Below are positions 63,516 through 64,000 of a DNA stretch of 64,000 nt, piece by piece; positions within the stretch are counted from its first letter, which is position 1, and every line of letters begins with the position of its first letter. Origin of the DNA: a virus; IMG/VR virus record IMGVR_UViG_3300023180_000017. One strand, given 5' to 3'. The translations under genes and the position numbers were made by a program. Below the pieces are notes generated by a model. The model saw nothing but the letters and a program-made list of their open reading frames with translations, was not told the DNA's origin and made no database searches.

Positions 63516-64000
63516 ATGAGATTTTACAGTGCGGCCAAACGAGGTGATGGATTCCTCAATCAACATATCTATAAAATGGATACTGCTCTAAGTGATCCAA
63601 ATGCAATCTATTTTTACGATAGACTAGATGCCGCAGTTCGTGGTGTTAGATTTGAAGACTTGATGTCTCAAGAGCATTGGGATCATTTAAGAGATACATT
63701 CGGTACAAAGATATTAATATACTTTCCAGATGATTATTTTAATAAAAGAGATTTGGTTGCTATTAGAAACCAGCTAAAGAGACAAAAAATACCTGTAGAA
63801 AAAGTTCACTGGATTGTTAAGGACGAACTCTTTAGAAAATTTGTTTTGAAATGCTGGAAGGATTACGGCGAACCTCATATCTATCTTTATGGTGCTCTTC
63901 AATTAAGAGTTCCTTGGGTGCCTGAAGAAAAGTTAATACAGCCTAGCAAAGCACAATTTTCTTGTTTCAGTAGAAACTATCACCCAGAAAGATTGGCACT
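63516..64000 (+). CDS. Hypothetical protein, truncated by the window end
   Basis: ATG 63516, frame open to the end: MRFYSAAKRGDGFLNQ...FSCFSRNYHPERLA. Confidence 0.7.
   Translation, partial: MRFYSAAKRGDGFLNQHIYKMDTALSDPNAIYFYDRLDAAVRGVRFEDLMSQEHWDHLRDTFGTKILIYFPDDYFNKRDLVAIRNQLKRQKIPVEKVHWIVKDELFRKFVLKCWKDYGEPHIYLYGALQLRVPWVPEEKLIQPSKAQFSCFSRNYHPERLA

Noticed and set aside
1-64000. TAG stop-codon reassignment, prompted by the TAG at 5-7
   Set aside because: Core genes are full-length in the standard code, and TAG ends genes cleanly at 12196 and 27164
1-64000. tRNA or rRNA genes
   Set aside because: Intergenic gaps are short and none shows a cloverleaf or T-loop signature

Overview
A 64-kb, AT-rich segment of a large T4-like myovirus. 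The host is probably a marine or aquatic proteobacterium: there are sigma70 promoters, IHF-like boxes, a ROSE-like RNA thermometer and no photosynthesis genes. Left to right: (i) the 3' end of a Tyr/Gly/Ser/Thr-repeat protein and a glycosyltransferase/methyltransferase/oxygenase/IscA modification island (1-8945); (ii) a late operon of modular fibre/adaptor proteins with shared terminal motifs (8980-14256); (iii) the T4 neck-terminase-tail-head core gp13-gp23, then gp3, uvsY, uvsW and gp55; (iv) a 7-deazaguanine DNA-modification cluster (queE, PRTase, folE, dpdA-like transglycosylase, DpdL-like T-fold protein, GT-B glycosyltransferase, queD; no queC/queF in the window) running into gp47/gp46; (v) accessory genes (Grx, PDF, ClpP-like, lysozyme, VWA/MoxR pair, Prx, Hsp20, 2OG oxygenases) interleaved with the replisome (gp45, gp44, gp62, regA, gp43, uvsX, gp41). 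The strongest candidates for new biology are a possibly glycosylated 7-deazaguanine DNA base, a virion-modification island containing a GT/radical-SAM double pseudo-enzyme, a plug-and-socket code among fibre proteins, and several regulatory elements: an antisense promoter at gp55, duplicated IHF-phased promoters, a conserved motif upstream of -35 boxes, and a ROSE-like thermometer. All calls come from motif recognition by eye; no searches were run.
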